In this document: positions 9,608-19,443 of the stretch, piece after piece
How the letters are laid out: each line of letters starts with the position of its first letter
Numbering within the stretch: the first letter of the stretch is position 1
Source of the DNA: an uncultured Acidobacteriota bacterium
Lineage (GTDB): Bacteria; Acidobacteriota; Thermoanaerobaculia; Multivoradales; SZUA-115
Length of the DNA stretch: 64,000 nt
Direction: 5' to 3'
Assembly: GCA_963805975.1 (NCBI GenBank)
Contig: CAWDVR010000002.1
Coordinates: 992,001-1,056,000 of the forward strand
Made by a program: the position numbers and the translations under genes
The notes under the pieces: generated by a model
Database searches by the model: none
What the model was told of the DNA's origin: nothing
The model's input: only the letters and a program-made list of their open reading frames with translations

Positions 9608-9649
9608 TTGAGGAGCGCGGGAAAAACCACGTATACTCCACACCGTGGA
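9608..9649 (+). promoter_or_regulatory. sigma70 promoter with palindromic operator for TA operon
   Basis: TTGAGG (9608)-N18-TATACT (9632); TCCAC-acc-GTGGA palindrome at 9637-9649. Confidence 0.5.
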
Positions 9650-9673
9650 ATTTCCGCAATCCGGAGAATCGTC

Positions 9674-9970
9674 GTGAGAAAGCAGGCTCAGCTCATCCGC
9701 CCCGTGCGGCGCGGACAGGTGACCCTCCCCCGAGAGTTCCGGCGCTCGCTGGGCATCGAAGACGACTCTCTCCTCGAGATCCGTCTTGCTGGTGACCGCA
9801 TCGAGCTCCGGCCGATGGTGGTCCGGCCCGCGACCGGCTCGGAGTGGGCGCGCGACCTGCACAGGCTCTTCGAACCTGTACGCAAGGCGGCTCGGAAGAT
9901 GACCGAGCCGGAGGTCGACGAGCTGATCGACCAGAGCGTGAGCGAGGTGCGCCGAGGACGCGATGGCTAG
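9674..9970 (+). CDS. AbrB/MazE/SpoVT-family antitoxin
   Basis: RGQVTLPREFRRSLGI motif; GGAG upstream of GTG; overlaps PIN gene. Confidence 0.9.
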   Translation: MRKQAQLIRPVRRGQVTLPREFRRSLGIEDDSLLEIRLAGDRIELRPMVVRPATGSEWARDLHRLFEPVRKAARKMTEPEVDELIDQSVSEVRRGRDG

Positions 9971-10382
9971 GGCTGTACTCGACACCAACGTCTTCCTGCG
10001 CGCCCTGCTCAACCCCCACTCCCGCTGCGGACGCCTCCTCGGGGAGCTGGCCCACCGCTACGAGCTGATCGTCTCTCCGGACGTCGTCCGCGAGATCATC
10101 GAGGTTCTCCAGCGCCCGCGCCTACGAACCAAGTTCCCGCAGCTCGCCGCCGTCGATCCTCGGCAGATCCTCGAGCTCTTCGAGAAAGCCGACGTGGTCG
10201 AGCCTGTGGAGGTCCCGACCGTTTGCCGGGATCCGGACGACGACAAGTTCCTTGCGTGCGCGGTCGAAGGCCGGGCCGACTTCATCGTCACCGAAGACCG
10301 AGATCTGCTGGATCTCGGGGCTCACCAGGGAACGCGGATCTGTAGGCCAGCCGAGTTCATTGCAGAGCTAGAAGCAGTGTGA
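9963..10382 (+). CDS. PIN-domain (VapC-like) toxin
   Basis: VLDTNVF, CRDPDDDKFL, IVTEDRDLL. Confidence 0.9.
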   Translation: MARAVLDTNVFLRALLNPHSRCGRLLGELAHRYELIVSPDVVREIIEVLQRPRLRTKFPQLAAVDPRQILELFEKADVVEPVEVPTVCRDPDDDKFLACAVEGRADFIVTEDRDLLDLGAHQGTRICRPAEFIAELEAV

Positions 10383-10386
10383 GCCC

Positions 10387-12051
10387 CTACGTCTGCAGCA
10401 CCCCGGTCTTGAACTCCGGGAGGTCTGGGTTCTCGGCCGCGGCTGCCAGGGAGCGGGCGAGCACCTCGCGAGTCTCGGCCGGGTCGATGATGGCGTCGAC
10501 CCACAGCCGGGCGGCGGCGTAGCGCGGGTCCATGGCCGCCGCGTACCGCGCTTCGATCTCCGAGAGGCGCTGTTTCTTCTCCTCCTCCGACACCTCGTCG
10601 CCCCGGTTCTTGAGCTGGATGGCAAGGAGCGTCTTCGAAGCCTGGGAGCCTCCCATCACCGCGATCGCCGCCGAGGGCCAGGCGTAGAGGAAGCGCGCGC
10701 CGTAGGCTTTGCCGCACATCGCGTAGTTGCCGGCGCCGTAGGAGTTGCCCATGAAGAGGGTGATCTTGGGCACGGTCGAGTTGGCGACCGCGTTCACCAT
10801 CTTGGCCCCGTCCTTGATGATGCCGCCGCGCTCGGCGCGGCTCCCCACCATGAAGCCGGTGACGTCTTGCAGGAAGAGGAGCGGGATCTTCTTCTGGTTG
10901 CAGAGCTCGACGAAGCGGGCGCCCTTGTCCGCCGAGTCCGAGTAGATGACGCCGCCGATTTGCAGCTCCTTGTCCTTGGCGCCGGTGCCAGTCTGGCGGC
11001 CGACGATCGAGCGCTGGTTGGCTACCACCCCCACCACCCGCCCGCCGATCCAGCCCGTGCCGCAGACCAACGTGCGGCCGTAGGTGGCTTTGTACTCGTC
11101 GAAGTCGCTGGCGTCGAGCAGCCGGGCGAGGATCTCGTAGGTGTCGTAGGGCCGCGCGCGGTCGACCGGCATCACGCCGTAGAGCTCCTCGACCGGGTAG
11201 AGAGGTGGTCGCGCCTCTCGCCGCGCGAAGGGCGCCGCCTCGCCACGGGCGAGCTGGGCGAGCTGGCTCCGCATCTTGACCAGGCAGGCGGCGTCGCTCT
11301 CGTGGCGGTGATCCACCACGCCCGAGACGTCGCACTGGACCAGCGCGCCGCCCAGCTCCTCGTTGTCGATCTGCTCGCCGATCGCCGCCCTCACCAGGTG
11401 GGCGCCGGCGAGGAAGATCGAGCCGGTGCCGGAGACGATGTGGCACTCGTCGCTCATCACGGGCAGGTAGGCGCCGCCCGCCACGCACGAGCCCATGATC
11501 GCCGCCATCTGGAAGACGCCCGCCGCCGACAGCCGCGCGTTGTTGTAGAAGGCGCGGCCGAAGTGATCGCGGTCGGCGAAGATCTCGTCCTGCATCGGCA
11601 GGTAGACGCCGGCGGAATCCACCAGGTAGACGATCGGCAGCCGGTTCTCGAGCGCCATCTCCTGGGCGCGGAGCACCTTCTTCGCAGTGAGCGGGAACCA
11701 GGCACCGGCCTTGACGGTGGCGTCGTTGGCCACCACCAGCATGTCGCGGCCCTCGATGCGGCCGACGCCCACCACCACTCCCGCGGCCGGCGCTCCGCCG
11801 TGCTCGGCATAGAAGCCGTGCGCGGTCCACAGGCCCAGCTCCAGGAACGGCGTGCCGGGGTCGCAGAGCGCCGCCACCCGCTCGCGCGCCGTCATCTTGC
11901 CCAGGGCGCGCTGCTTCTCCTGCGCTTTCTCGCCGCCACCCCGGCGGATCACGGTCTCTTCCTGCCGCAGCCGCTCGACCTCGGCGCGCCAGTGCTCCGC
12001 CTGCCGCGTGAAGGCGTCGTTCTTCTGGAGCTTGGACTCGATCACCGCCAC
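10387..12051 (-). CDS. acyl-CoA carboxylase carboxyltransferase subunit (methylcrotonyl-CoA carboxylase beta-like)
   Basis: GKMTARER, ANDATVKAG, GSCVAGGAY, GNSYGAGNYAMCG; GTG start after GGAG. Confidence 0.92.
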   Translation of the reverse strand: MAVIESKLQKNDAFTRQAEHWRAEVERLRQEETVIRRGGGEKAQEKQRALGKMTARERVAALCDPGTPFLELGLWTAHGFYAEHGGAPAAGVVVGVGRIEGRDMLVVANDATVKAGAWFPLTAKKVLRAQEMALENRLPIVYLVDSAGVYLPMQDEIFADRDHFGRAFYNNARLSAAGVFQMAAIMGSCVAGGAYLPVMSDECHIVSGTGSIFLAGAHLVRAAIGEQIDNEELGGALVQCDVSGVVDHRHESDAACLVKMRSQLAQLARGEAAPFARREARPPLYPVEELYGVMPVDRARPYDTYEILARLLDASDFDEYKATYGRTLVCGTGWIGGRVVGVVANQRSIVGRQTGTGAKDKELQIGGVIYSDSADKGARFVELCNQKKIPLLFLQDVTGFMVGSRAERGGIIKDGAKMVNAVANSTVPKITLFMGNSYGAGNYAMCGKAYGARFLYAWPSAAIAVMGGSQASKTLLAIQLKNRGDEVSEEEKKQRLSEIEARYAAAMDPRYAAARLWVDAIIDPAETREVLARSLAAAAENPDLPEFKTGVLQT

Positions 12052-12185
12052 GCAGTTCTCTCCCTTTGAAGGCGCGCGCATTATAGAAGCGTGGGCATTG
12101 CTTGGAACGGGCCCGACCGGGAACGAGCGCAAGAGCGGGCGCCCGCAGCCCAAGATGTCTCTTCAAGGGTCTACGCCAAAGGCGC

Positions 12186-12212
12186 GAACCCGCCCCCACT
12201 CTCATCCGTATC
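12186..12212 (+). promoter_or_regulatory. ECF-sigma-like promoter
   Basis: GAAC-N17-CGTATC upstream of permease; same spacing recurs at 41754 and 51763. Confidence 0.45.
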
Positions 12213-12284
12213 AAGCACAGACTCTCTCGACCCGCTGACCCCCACGGCCGCGAGCGGCGGCCACGGCTCTCAGGAGCGCGAACG

Positions 12285-14723
12285 ATGAACGCACTACCCC
12301 TCCTCCTTCGCCAGTCACTGCGCAGCTTTCTTCGCACCCCGGGTTTCTCGGCCGCGGTGGTCGGCACTCTGGCGCTGGGATTGGGGGTGAATGCGGCCCT
12401 CTTCGCCCTGGCTTACAGCCTGCTCCTCGCGCCGCTGCCCTACCGCGAGCCGGGGCGGCTGGTTGCCGTGTGGGAGACGGTGCAGCGCGAGACCTCCGAG
12501 CTGCGGGAGCTCTCCTACCCCAATTTCCGTGACCTGGAAGCCGCGGCCGAGAGCTTCGAGAGCCTCGCGGCCTGGACCGGCAACGGCTTCACCGTGACCG
12601 GCCCTGACCGCGCCCAGCACGTAGAGGGCGAGCTGGTGTCGAGCGCCTACTTCCACACGCTGGGGATCGAGCCGGTGGCCGGCCGCTCGTTCGTCCGCGA
12701 GCCGAGCACCGGGGCTCCGGCGGCGCCCGAGGTGGTGATCGGTCACGGGCTGTGGCGGCGCCTGTTCGGCGGCGACCCTCGGGCGGCCGGCCAGAGCCTG
12801 ACGGTCGACGGCCGGCCGATGACCATCGTCGGCGTGGCGCCGGCGGGCTTTACCGGCCTCTCCGAACGCGCCGAGCTCTGGATGCCGATCGCCGCTCTGA
12901 CGGAGAATTTCGTCAACTCGCGCGGCAGCCGCTGGCTGGCGGCGGTCGGGCGGCTCGCGGACGGCGTGCACCTCGAGGCCGCCCGGGGCGAGACCAAGCG
13001 CATCCTGGACCACCTGGCCGAGGCCAACCCCGACGACAGCCGGGCCTACAGCGGCACGATCGTGGCGCTGCGCGAGGATCTGGTGGGCGGCCTGCGCCGG
13101 CCGGTGCTGATTCTCGCCGCGGCCGTGGGGATGGTGCTGCTCATCGCCTGCGCGAACGTCGCCAACCTGCTGCTGATCCGCGCCACCGGGCGCCGCCGCG
13201 AGTCGGCGGTGCGTGCCGCCCTGGGAGCGAGCCGCCGCGATCGCCTGCGGGAGACCCTGGCCGAGTCGCTGGTGCCGGCGCTCGCCGCCGGCGCGCTGGG
13301 CCTGCTGCTCGCCGGCTGGTGCCTGTCCGCGTTCCGCACCCTGCGGCCGGTCACGCTGCCCCTCTTCGCGGCGCCGGAGCTGGGCTGGCCCACGCTCGCG
13401 TTCTCGTTCCTGCTGGCGGTGGCGACGGGCGTGGGCCTGGGGCTCCTGGCCGCGGCCGGTCGCGAGCGGGTGGCGCTCTCCGACGATCTGCGCGACGGCG
13501 GGCGGAGCGGCTCCGCCGGCAGGCGTGGCCGGCGCACCCGCCAGGCGCTGGTGGTCGTCGAGGTGGCCTGCGCGCTGGTGGTGTCGCTCGGTGCCGGCCT
13601 CCTCGCCAAGAGCCTGCAGCAGATGCGGGAGATCGATCCCGGCTTCGATCCGCGGGGCCTCCACGTGGTGCGCGTCGATCTGCCGGCCGGCGCCCAGCCG
13701 GGAGACCGCCGGGCGCTCGCCGAGTCCCTCCTCGAGCGGGTGGCGAGCCTGCCGGGCGTGTCGGCCGCGGCCCTGGGCAGCGATCTGCCGCTCGGCCGCT
13801 CGTCGAGCGCCACCCTGCTCGCGCCCGAGGGCTTCGTGCCGCGCTCCGACCAGCCCTATGACGGGCTGACCCGCGCCTACGTCCATCAGGTGAGCCCGGG
13901 CTTTCTGCCGGCGCTCGGCATCCGGCTCCTCGAGGGCCGCGGCTTCACGGACACGGATCTGGCCGATGGCCAACGGCCCCTGGTGGTGAGCCGCAAGCTC
14001 GCGGACCGGCTATGGCCGGGCGAGAGCGCGGTCGGCAAACGGCTGCGCCAGGGCCGGGACGGCGACACGCCGCCTTTCACCGTGGTCGGCGTGGTGGAGA
14101 ACGTGCGCTACCGGACCCTCGCTCCCGACCTGATCCGCCCCGAGGACCCGGACTTCTACCGGCCGCTCGACGCCGACCGGCGTGACGACCTCACCTTCGC
14201 CGTGCGCTCGACGCTGCCGGCCGAGACCCTGATGCCGGCCCTCTCCGCCGAGGTCGAGCGCATCTCCCGCGAGGTGCCGGTCTATGACGTGGCGACCATG
14301 GAGGCGCGCGTCGCCGATCAGCTCGCGACCGCCCGCCTGAACGCCTTCCTGCTCGGTCTCTTCGCCGGTCTGGCGCTGCTCCTGGCCGGGGTCGGCATCT
14401 TCAGCGTGCTGGCGCACCTGATCGGCCAGCGGACGCGCGAGATCGGCATCCGGCTGGCGCTCGGCGCCCAGCGGCGCCAGGTGGCACTGGCGGTCGCGGG
14501 GCAGGGCCTGGCCTGGGTGGGGGCCGGGCTGGTGGTCGGGTTCGCCCTGGCCCTGGCGCTCGGGCGCTTCCTCGCCTCGCAGCTCTACCAGGTCGAGACC
14601 ACCGACCCGCAGATCCTGGCAGGGGTGCTCGCCGTCTTCGCCGCCCTCGCGGTGGCGGCCTGCCTGCTCCCCGCCCGCCGCGCCCTCAGGGTCGACCCGG
14701 TGGTGTCGCTGCGCTCGGAGTAG
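12285..14723 (+). CDS. ADOP-family duplicated ABC permease (MacB/FtsX repeats)
   Basis: LRTPGFS..TLALGLG, LLIACANVANLLL, QRTREIGIRLALGA, RVDPVVSLRSE. Confidence 0.92.
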   Translation: MNALPLLLRQSLRSFLRTPGFSAAVVGTLALGLGVNAALFALAYSLLLAPLPYREPGRLVAVWETVQRETSELRELSYPNFRDLEAAAESFESLAAWTGNGFTVTGPDRAQHVEGELVSSAYFHTLGIEPVAGRSFVREPSTGAPAAPEVVIGHGLWRRLFGGDPRAAGQSLTVDGRPMTIVGVAPAGFTGLSERAELWMPIAALTENFVNSRGSRWLAAVGRLADGVHLEAARGETKRILDHLAEANPDDSRAYSGTIVALREDLVGGLRRPVLILAAAVGMVLLIACANVANLLLIRATGRRRESAVRAALGASRRDRLRETLAESLVPALAAGALGLLLAGWCLSAFRTLRPVTLPLFAAPELGWPTLAFSFLLAVATGVGLGLLAAAGRERVALSDDLRDGGRSGSAGRRGRRTRQALVVVEVACALVVSLGAGLLAKSLQQMREIDPGFDPRGLHVVRVDLPAGAQPGDRRALAESLLERVASLPGVSAAALGSDLPLGRSSSATLLAPEGFVPRSDQPYDGLTRAYVHQVSPGFLPALGIRLLEGRGFTDTDLADGQRPLVVSRKLADRLWPGESAVGKRLRQGRDGDTPPFTVVGVVENVRYRTLAPDLIRPEDPDFYRPLDADRRDDLTFAVRSTLPAETLMPALSAEVERISREVPVYDVATMEARVADQLATARLNAFLLGLFAGLALLLAGVGIFSVLAHLIGQRTREIGIRLALGAQRRQVALAVAGQGLAWVGAGLVVGFALALALGRFLASQLYQVETTDPQILAGVLAVFAALAVAACLLPARRALRVDPVVSLRSE

Positions 14724-14766
14724 GGGGATCCGGCGGGTCGGTGCCGCGCCTCGGCGTCGGAGCGGA

Positions 14767-15171
14767 TCAGTGATCGGAGGGAGGCTCGGGCTCGAGCCAC
14801 GGCCGCACGCGCACCTGGGCCTCGGCGATGAGGTCGTCCGCATGCTCCGGGTCGAGCTTGCGCAGCAAGCCCTGGTTCTCGACCGCCACCCAGGCCCGCA
14901 TCTCCAGGAACTCGTCCAGGAGGTAGCCGAGAGCGGTGACGTAGGTCTGGATCTCGGACAGCGACAGGTCGCGCTGGCCGCTCTCGATCTTCGAGATCGA
15001 GGCCGGCTCCTTGAGCCCCAGCCGCTTGGCGAGCTCTCTCTGCGTCAAACGAGGCTCGATCTTCTCGCGCAGCCGCCGGAGCGCCATGCCCTCGATCAGC
15101 CGCGAGCCCCGGTTGGCGACGAAGACCTTGCGGCGGCGTGGCGCCTCGGCACTCGGAGGCTTGGTCGGCAC
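14767..15171 (-). CDS. XRE-family HTH transcriptional regulator (start uncertain)
   Basis: LRRLRE..LTQRELAKRLG..ISKIESG. Confidence 0.8.
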   Translation of the reverse strand: MPTKPPSAEAPRRRKVFVANRGSRLIEGMALRRLREKIEPRLTQRELAKRLGLKEPASISKIESGQRDLSLSEIQTYVTALGYLLDEFLEMRAWVAVENQGLLRKLDPEHADDLIAEAQVRVRPWLEPEPPSDH

Positions 15172-15365
15172 GCCCGCAACCCTAGCGCAAGAGCATCCGA
15201 CGATCAACGATAAGTTCTTTGGAATCAGAACCTTAGACTGACACAGAGTTGATCCACGGAGATATTATTTTTCTCATTGAAACTTTTTGTGTCCTATGAG
15301 AGCAACCGCCGGCACGCATTCGAGAGACCTCCGGCACCACCCGCGGTTGATACTCTGCGCCCGAC

Positions 15366-15800
15366 ATGAAACGGCTTTCCCGCCTGCACGTGGGACTCTG
15401 GGCCCAGGGGGCTCTGCTCGTGGGCCTGGTAGTGGTGCTCGCCGTGCGCGCCTTCGGCCTGGCCCATCATCCTCTCCAACCCTCGGGGGAACGGGAAAAG
15501 CGGTATCTGGCCTGGGCCTGGCGAGAGCCGCAAGTGGGCCAGGTGCTGGCCGAGGTGGAGAGAGCGCTCACCCCTGGGGAACCGGTGATGCTCGCGCTCA
15601 CCGCTCAGGAGGCCGGCGACTCCAAGTGGTGGAGCTTCATGGCGAGCTACTACCTGACCCGCAACCCGGTGGTGGGCGTGATGGCGCGGCGCACTGCCAT
15701 CGCCTCGTCCCCTCCGGAAGCCGCCGTGGTGCTCATTTCTCCCAGGCCCGGCCGACAGATTCAAGTCCTCCGCCATGGACGGCGAGCCGAGTCTCCTTAG
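15366..15800 (+). CDS. membrane-anchored hypothetical protein
   Basis: N-terminal hydrophobic helix; overlaps downstream gene. Confidence 0.65.
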   Translation: MKRLSRLHVGLWAQGALLVGLVVVLAVRAFGLAHHPLQPSGEREKRYLAWAWREPQVGQVLAEVERALTPGEPVMLALTAQEAGDSKWWSFMASYYLTRNPVVGVMARRTAIASSPPEAAVVLISPRPGRQIQVLRHGRRAESP

Positions 15801-17190
15801 GCTCGCCCTGGGCGCGGCGTTCGTCCTCGCCGCGGGCGCGAGCATCGCTTTCGGTCTCGGTCTCGGTGCCCGGCGGAGGCTCCGCCGGCCGGCGTTTCTC
15901 GCCATCGCCTGGGTGCTCGGGCTGTCGATCCTCGTGCCGCTGCTCCTGCTGAGTGGGCTTGCCGGGCTCCCCGTCCGGGCCTGGGGCCTTGCGCTGCTGG
16001 CGGTGGGGGTCGCCGCGCTGGGTTGGTACTTCCGCTGGCGGAGGCCGGCCGCCCCGGAGTCGCCGGCGCCCGCGCCTTTCCCCACCGAGGCCGGCCCCCG
16101 CTGGCTCGCGCTCGCGAGCCGCGCGGTGCTCGTGGCAGCGGTCGCGGTCTTCGCGTGGAAGGTGGCGATCTGGCCGGTGTGGGGCTGGGACCATCACGCC
16201 ATGTGGGGCGTGAAGGCGCGACGGATGGTGGTCGACGGCCGGCTGGACCTCTCCTTTCTCGCGAGCGACGGGATGCGCGACGCGCGGCCGGACCGCCCCA
16301 TCGGCTTCTCCGCCATGCCGTTGCTCCTGACTCTGGGCGGTCTGCCGGATGACCGAACCTTCAAGCTCTTGCACTTGAGCCTGGGGCTCTCGCTCCTCGT
16401 TCTGCTGCGCGAGGGCTTGGCGCGGGTCGGGCTCCGAGGCTCGGCCGCCGATGCCCTCACCGCCTGGGCCGCGGCGCTGCCGCTCTTCTGGGATACCGAG
16501 GCCCTGGGCCAGGCGGAGATGCCGCTCGCGCTGTGGCTGGTGGCGGCGGCGGTGCTGCTCCTGCCCTCGCGCCGCGAGACCGGGGCGCCCCGTTTCGCCG
16601 GCTGGGCCGGTGGGATCGTGCTCGGCTTCCTGCCGTGGATCAAGCAGGAGGGATCGACGCTCGCGGCCGTGCTCGCCGTCGCTGCCATCGCCTGCCTGCC
16701 CCGCGAGGCCTGGGGCCGCGCGCTGCGCTCCATGCTGCCGCCGACATTGCTCTTGGGCGGCCTCAACCTCTGGTTCTACCAGACCCAGCTCGCGCCGGGC
16801 GTGGGCTTCACCTCCGGCGACCCGCTGGCACGGCTCGCGGAGCGGCTGCCCGCGGCGGCGAGCCTCGTCGCCTACATGGCCCGCTCGTTCCTGCTGCCCG
16901 ACGCGCTCGGCTTCTGGCTCGCCTTCGCTCTCGCCCTGGGAGTCGCCCTCTGGCAGCGACGTACGCTCGCGCTGGGGCTCGCCGGCGTGGTGACGGCACA
17001 GCTCCTGATCTACATGGCGGTCACCTTCATCGTCTTCCTGCCGCCGCGCGCGCACGTGGACGCCGCTTTCTCGCGCATCATCGCGGCGCTGATGCCGCTC
17101 GCCATGCTGGCGGTCGGAGCAGTGCTCGCGCCCAGGGAGAGCAGACGGCCGGTACGAGCCCGGCCGCTACGTCCTGAGGATGCGTTCTGA
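15775..17190 (+). CDS. polytopic membrane protein, GT-C glycosyltransferase-like
   Basis: Ten or more TM segments, WD..W..KA loop and W.KQEG motif. Confidence 0.6.
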   Translation: MDGEPSLLRLALGAAFVLAAGASIAFGLGLGARRRLRRPAFLAIAWVLGLSILVPLLLLSGLAGLPVRAWGLALLAVGVAALGWYFRWRRPAAPESPAPAPFPTEAGPRWLALASRAVLVAAVAVFAWKVAIWPVWGWDHHAMWGVKARRMVVDGRLDLSFLASDGMRDARPDRPIGFSAMPLLLTLGGLPDDRTFKLLHLSLGLSLLVLLREGLARVGLRGSAADALTAWAAALPLFWDTEALGQAEMPLALWLVAAAVLLLPSRRETGAPRFAGWAGGIVLGFLPWIKQEGSTLAAVLAVAAIACLPREAWGRALRSMLPPTLLLGGLNLWFYQTQLAPGVGFTSGDPLARLAERLPAAASLVAYMARSFLLPDALGFWLAFALALGVALWQRRTLALGLAGVVTAQLLIYMAVTFIVFLPPRAHVDAAFSRIIAALMPLAMLAVGAVLAPRESRRPVRARPLRPEDAF

Positions 17191-17225
17191 TTCCGAGCGT
17201 AGCGGCCGGACCTGTGCCGGCCGTC
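17144..17225. repeat. inverted doublet of GTAG-type REP palindromes
   Basis: 17198-17225 CGTAGCGGCCGGACCTGTGCCGGCCGTC, an inverted variant at 17144-17171, and an exact reverse-complement copy at 21029-21056. Confidence 0.8.
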
Positions 17226-17254
17226 CGTCTGACCCCGGGTGCTAGCATCCTCGC

Positions 17255-17941
17255 GTGAAGCTCTCCATCCTCGCTTTCGCGAGCGCCGCCGACGCCCTGG
17301 GGACCGATGCCCTGTCGATCGAGCTGCCTGCCGGCAGCTCGGTCGCCGACCTGCAGTCCGCTCTCGAATCGCGCCACCCGGCGCTCGCCGCGCTCTGGCC
17401 GCGGCTGGCGGTGGCGGTGGATGGCGAGGTCGTGGACCGGGACCACGGCCTTGCCGACGGCGCCGAGGTGGCGCTGCTGCCGCCGGTCTCGGGCGGCACG
17501 GGTGCACGCGTGAAGCTGGTGGAGGAACCGATCGACCTCGCCGGCGTCCTCGCTTCGGTGTCCGGCCCGGGCTGCGGCGCCGCCGTGCTCTTCGCCGGTA
17601 CCGTGCGCGATTCCACCGGCGGCCGGAGGGTCACCGGCCTCAGCTACAGCGCCTATCGCTCGATGGCCGTCGCGCGCCTGGCGGCGATCGTGGACGACCT
17701 CGAGCGCGAGCAGCCGGGCCTCGAGGCCGCCATCACCCACCGGCTGGGCGACCTCTCACCCGGCGAGGCGAGCGTCGCCATCGCCGTGGCCGCACCGCAC
17801 CGCGCGGCAGCCTACGAAGCGAGCCGCAAAGCGCTAGAGCGCCTCAAGGCCGAGGTGCCGATCTGGAAGCGCGAGCACTACGCGGATGGCGGGGTGGCAT
17901 GGCGAGAGGAAGAGCGCCTCACGGCCGCGGCTCGAGGCTGA
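17255..17941 (+). CDS. MoaD-MoaE fusion molybdopterin synthase
   Basis: MoaD ending LLPPVSGG followed by MoaE motifs FAGTVRD, HRLG, APHR, VPIWKRE. Confidence 0.92.
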   Translation: MKLSILAFASAADALGTDALSIELPAGSSVADLQSALESRHPALAALWPRLAVAVDGEVVDRDHGLADGAEVALLPPVSGGTGARVKLVEEPIDLAGVLASVSGPGCGAAVLFAGTVRDSTGGRRVTGLSYSAYRSMAVARLAAIVDDLEREQPGLEAAITHRLGDLSPGEASVAIAVAAPHRAAAYEASRKALERLKAEVPIWKREHYADGGVAWREEERLTAAARG

Positions 17942-19443
17942 GCGGGTCGCGCATCGGCAGGTGCCGGACGGCGCCGCCGAAGAAGTCCTTCATCGAGGCG
18001 CGGCGGGCGGGGTCGCCGTTCTCGATCTCGTGCCAGGGGCCCACCACCAGCATCACCGCGCGGTCCGGGTGCAGCACGCGTTCGGCGATCCGCCGCACGT
18101 CCTCCGGGGTCACCGCTTCGATCTTCGCGCGGTAGTCGCGCCAGAAGGTGTGCGGCCGGCCGAGGTACTCGTCCTCCGCGAAGTAGCCGGCGATCTCCTC
18201 GGCCGAGTCGAAGAGGTAGGGGAACGAGTCGACGATCGAGCGCTGGATCTGCCGCAGCTCCTCCGCCGCCGGCGGCCGGCTGCGCAGGCGCTCCACCTCC
18301 TCGAGCGCGAGCTTCGCGGCCAGCGCCACGGACTCGTTCTTCGATTCGAGGTGGATGCGGAACTCGCCGGGGAAGTAGTCGCCCACCCCGGCGCTGGCGC
18401 TGGCACGGTAGGCCAGGCCCTCGACGGTCCGCACCCGGCCGGTGATGCGCGACGACGGCCCGGACCCGCCGAGGAGCTCGCTCATCACCGTGGTGGCGAA
18501 GAAGTCCGGATCGTCCCAGCTCGTGCGCCGGAAGGTGAGGTGGCCGATCGCCACCTTGCCCTGCGGCAGCTCTCTCTCCAGGTGGTAGAGACCGGGCGTG
18601 ATGGTGTGGGTGGGCGCGGGTGGGGGCCAGGGCGCGGCCTCGCCCGTCTTCCAGCCGGCGAAGCGCCGCTCGAGGCCGGCGAGCAGGGCCTGGGTGTCCA
18701 CGTCGCCGGAGACCGCCAGCACCATGCCGGCCGGGTGCCAGTAGCGGCGGTGGAACTCCGTGAGCTGCTCGCGGCGGATGGCGACAGAGCGCCTCGGCGG
18801 TGAGCTGGCGCGAGAGGTAGTGGTCCGTGCCGTAGAGCAGGAAGCGCCACTCGCGGTTCAGCAGCGCGAGCGCGTCGTCGTTTCTCTGCTTGAAGCTCTC
18901 GCGGAGGTTGCCCTTGGCCACCTCGAGCCGCGCGGCGTCGAAGCGGGGCGTGCGCAGCATCTCGAAGTAGAGGTCCAGGGCCTCTTCGAGCACCCAGGCC
19001 GGGCAGCTCAGCGAAGCGCCGGCACGCAGGCCACCGGCCGAGGCCGAGAGCTGGGCGCCGAGGAAGTCCACGCGCTCGTCGAAGGCATCCGGCGCGAGCT
19101 TCTCCGTACCGCCGCGCAGCAGCATGGCCGCGGTCAGCCCGGCGATGCCGATCCTGTCGGCGGCATCGAGGTACTCGCCGGCGCGGAGCGCCACGGCCAC
19201 ATCGACCAGCGGCAACGCGTGGTCCTCGACCACGTAGACCACCACCCCGTTCGACAGCACGTGCCGGTAGGGTTCCGCCGCGGGGACCTCGAAGCGCTGG
19301 GGATCGAAGCGCAGCTCTCGCGGGTGCGCGGGAAGAGACTGGCTGGGCGGCGACTGGGCCGGCTTGGAGGCCGGGCCCGCGCCGAGCGACGCGAGCGCGA
19401 CGGCGGCGAGCAGGGCGGTGCCAGCCCACACACGGTGGCTCAC
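17919..19443 (-). CDS. M16 peptidase non-catalytic subunit, signal peptide, one frameshift near 18786
   Basis: LSNGVVVYVVEDHALP N-half and RVRTVEGLAY C-half lie in different frames; removing one base joins them; no HxxEH. Confidence 0.85.

Noticed and set aside
12052-12284. Possible ncRNA or riboswitch in the 230-nt divergent intergenic region
   Set aside because: No recognisable family motif; explained by divergent promoters (TATAAT on minus at 12080-12085 and the ECF-like motif)
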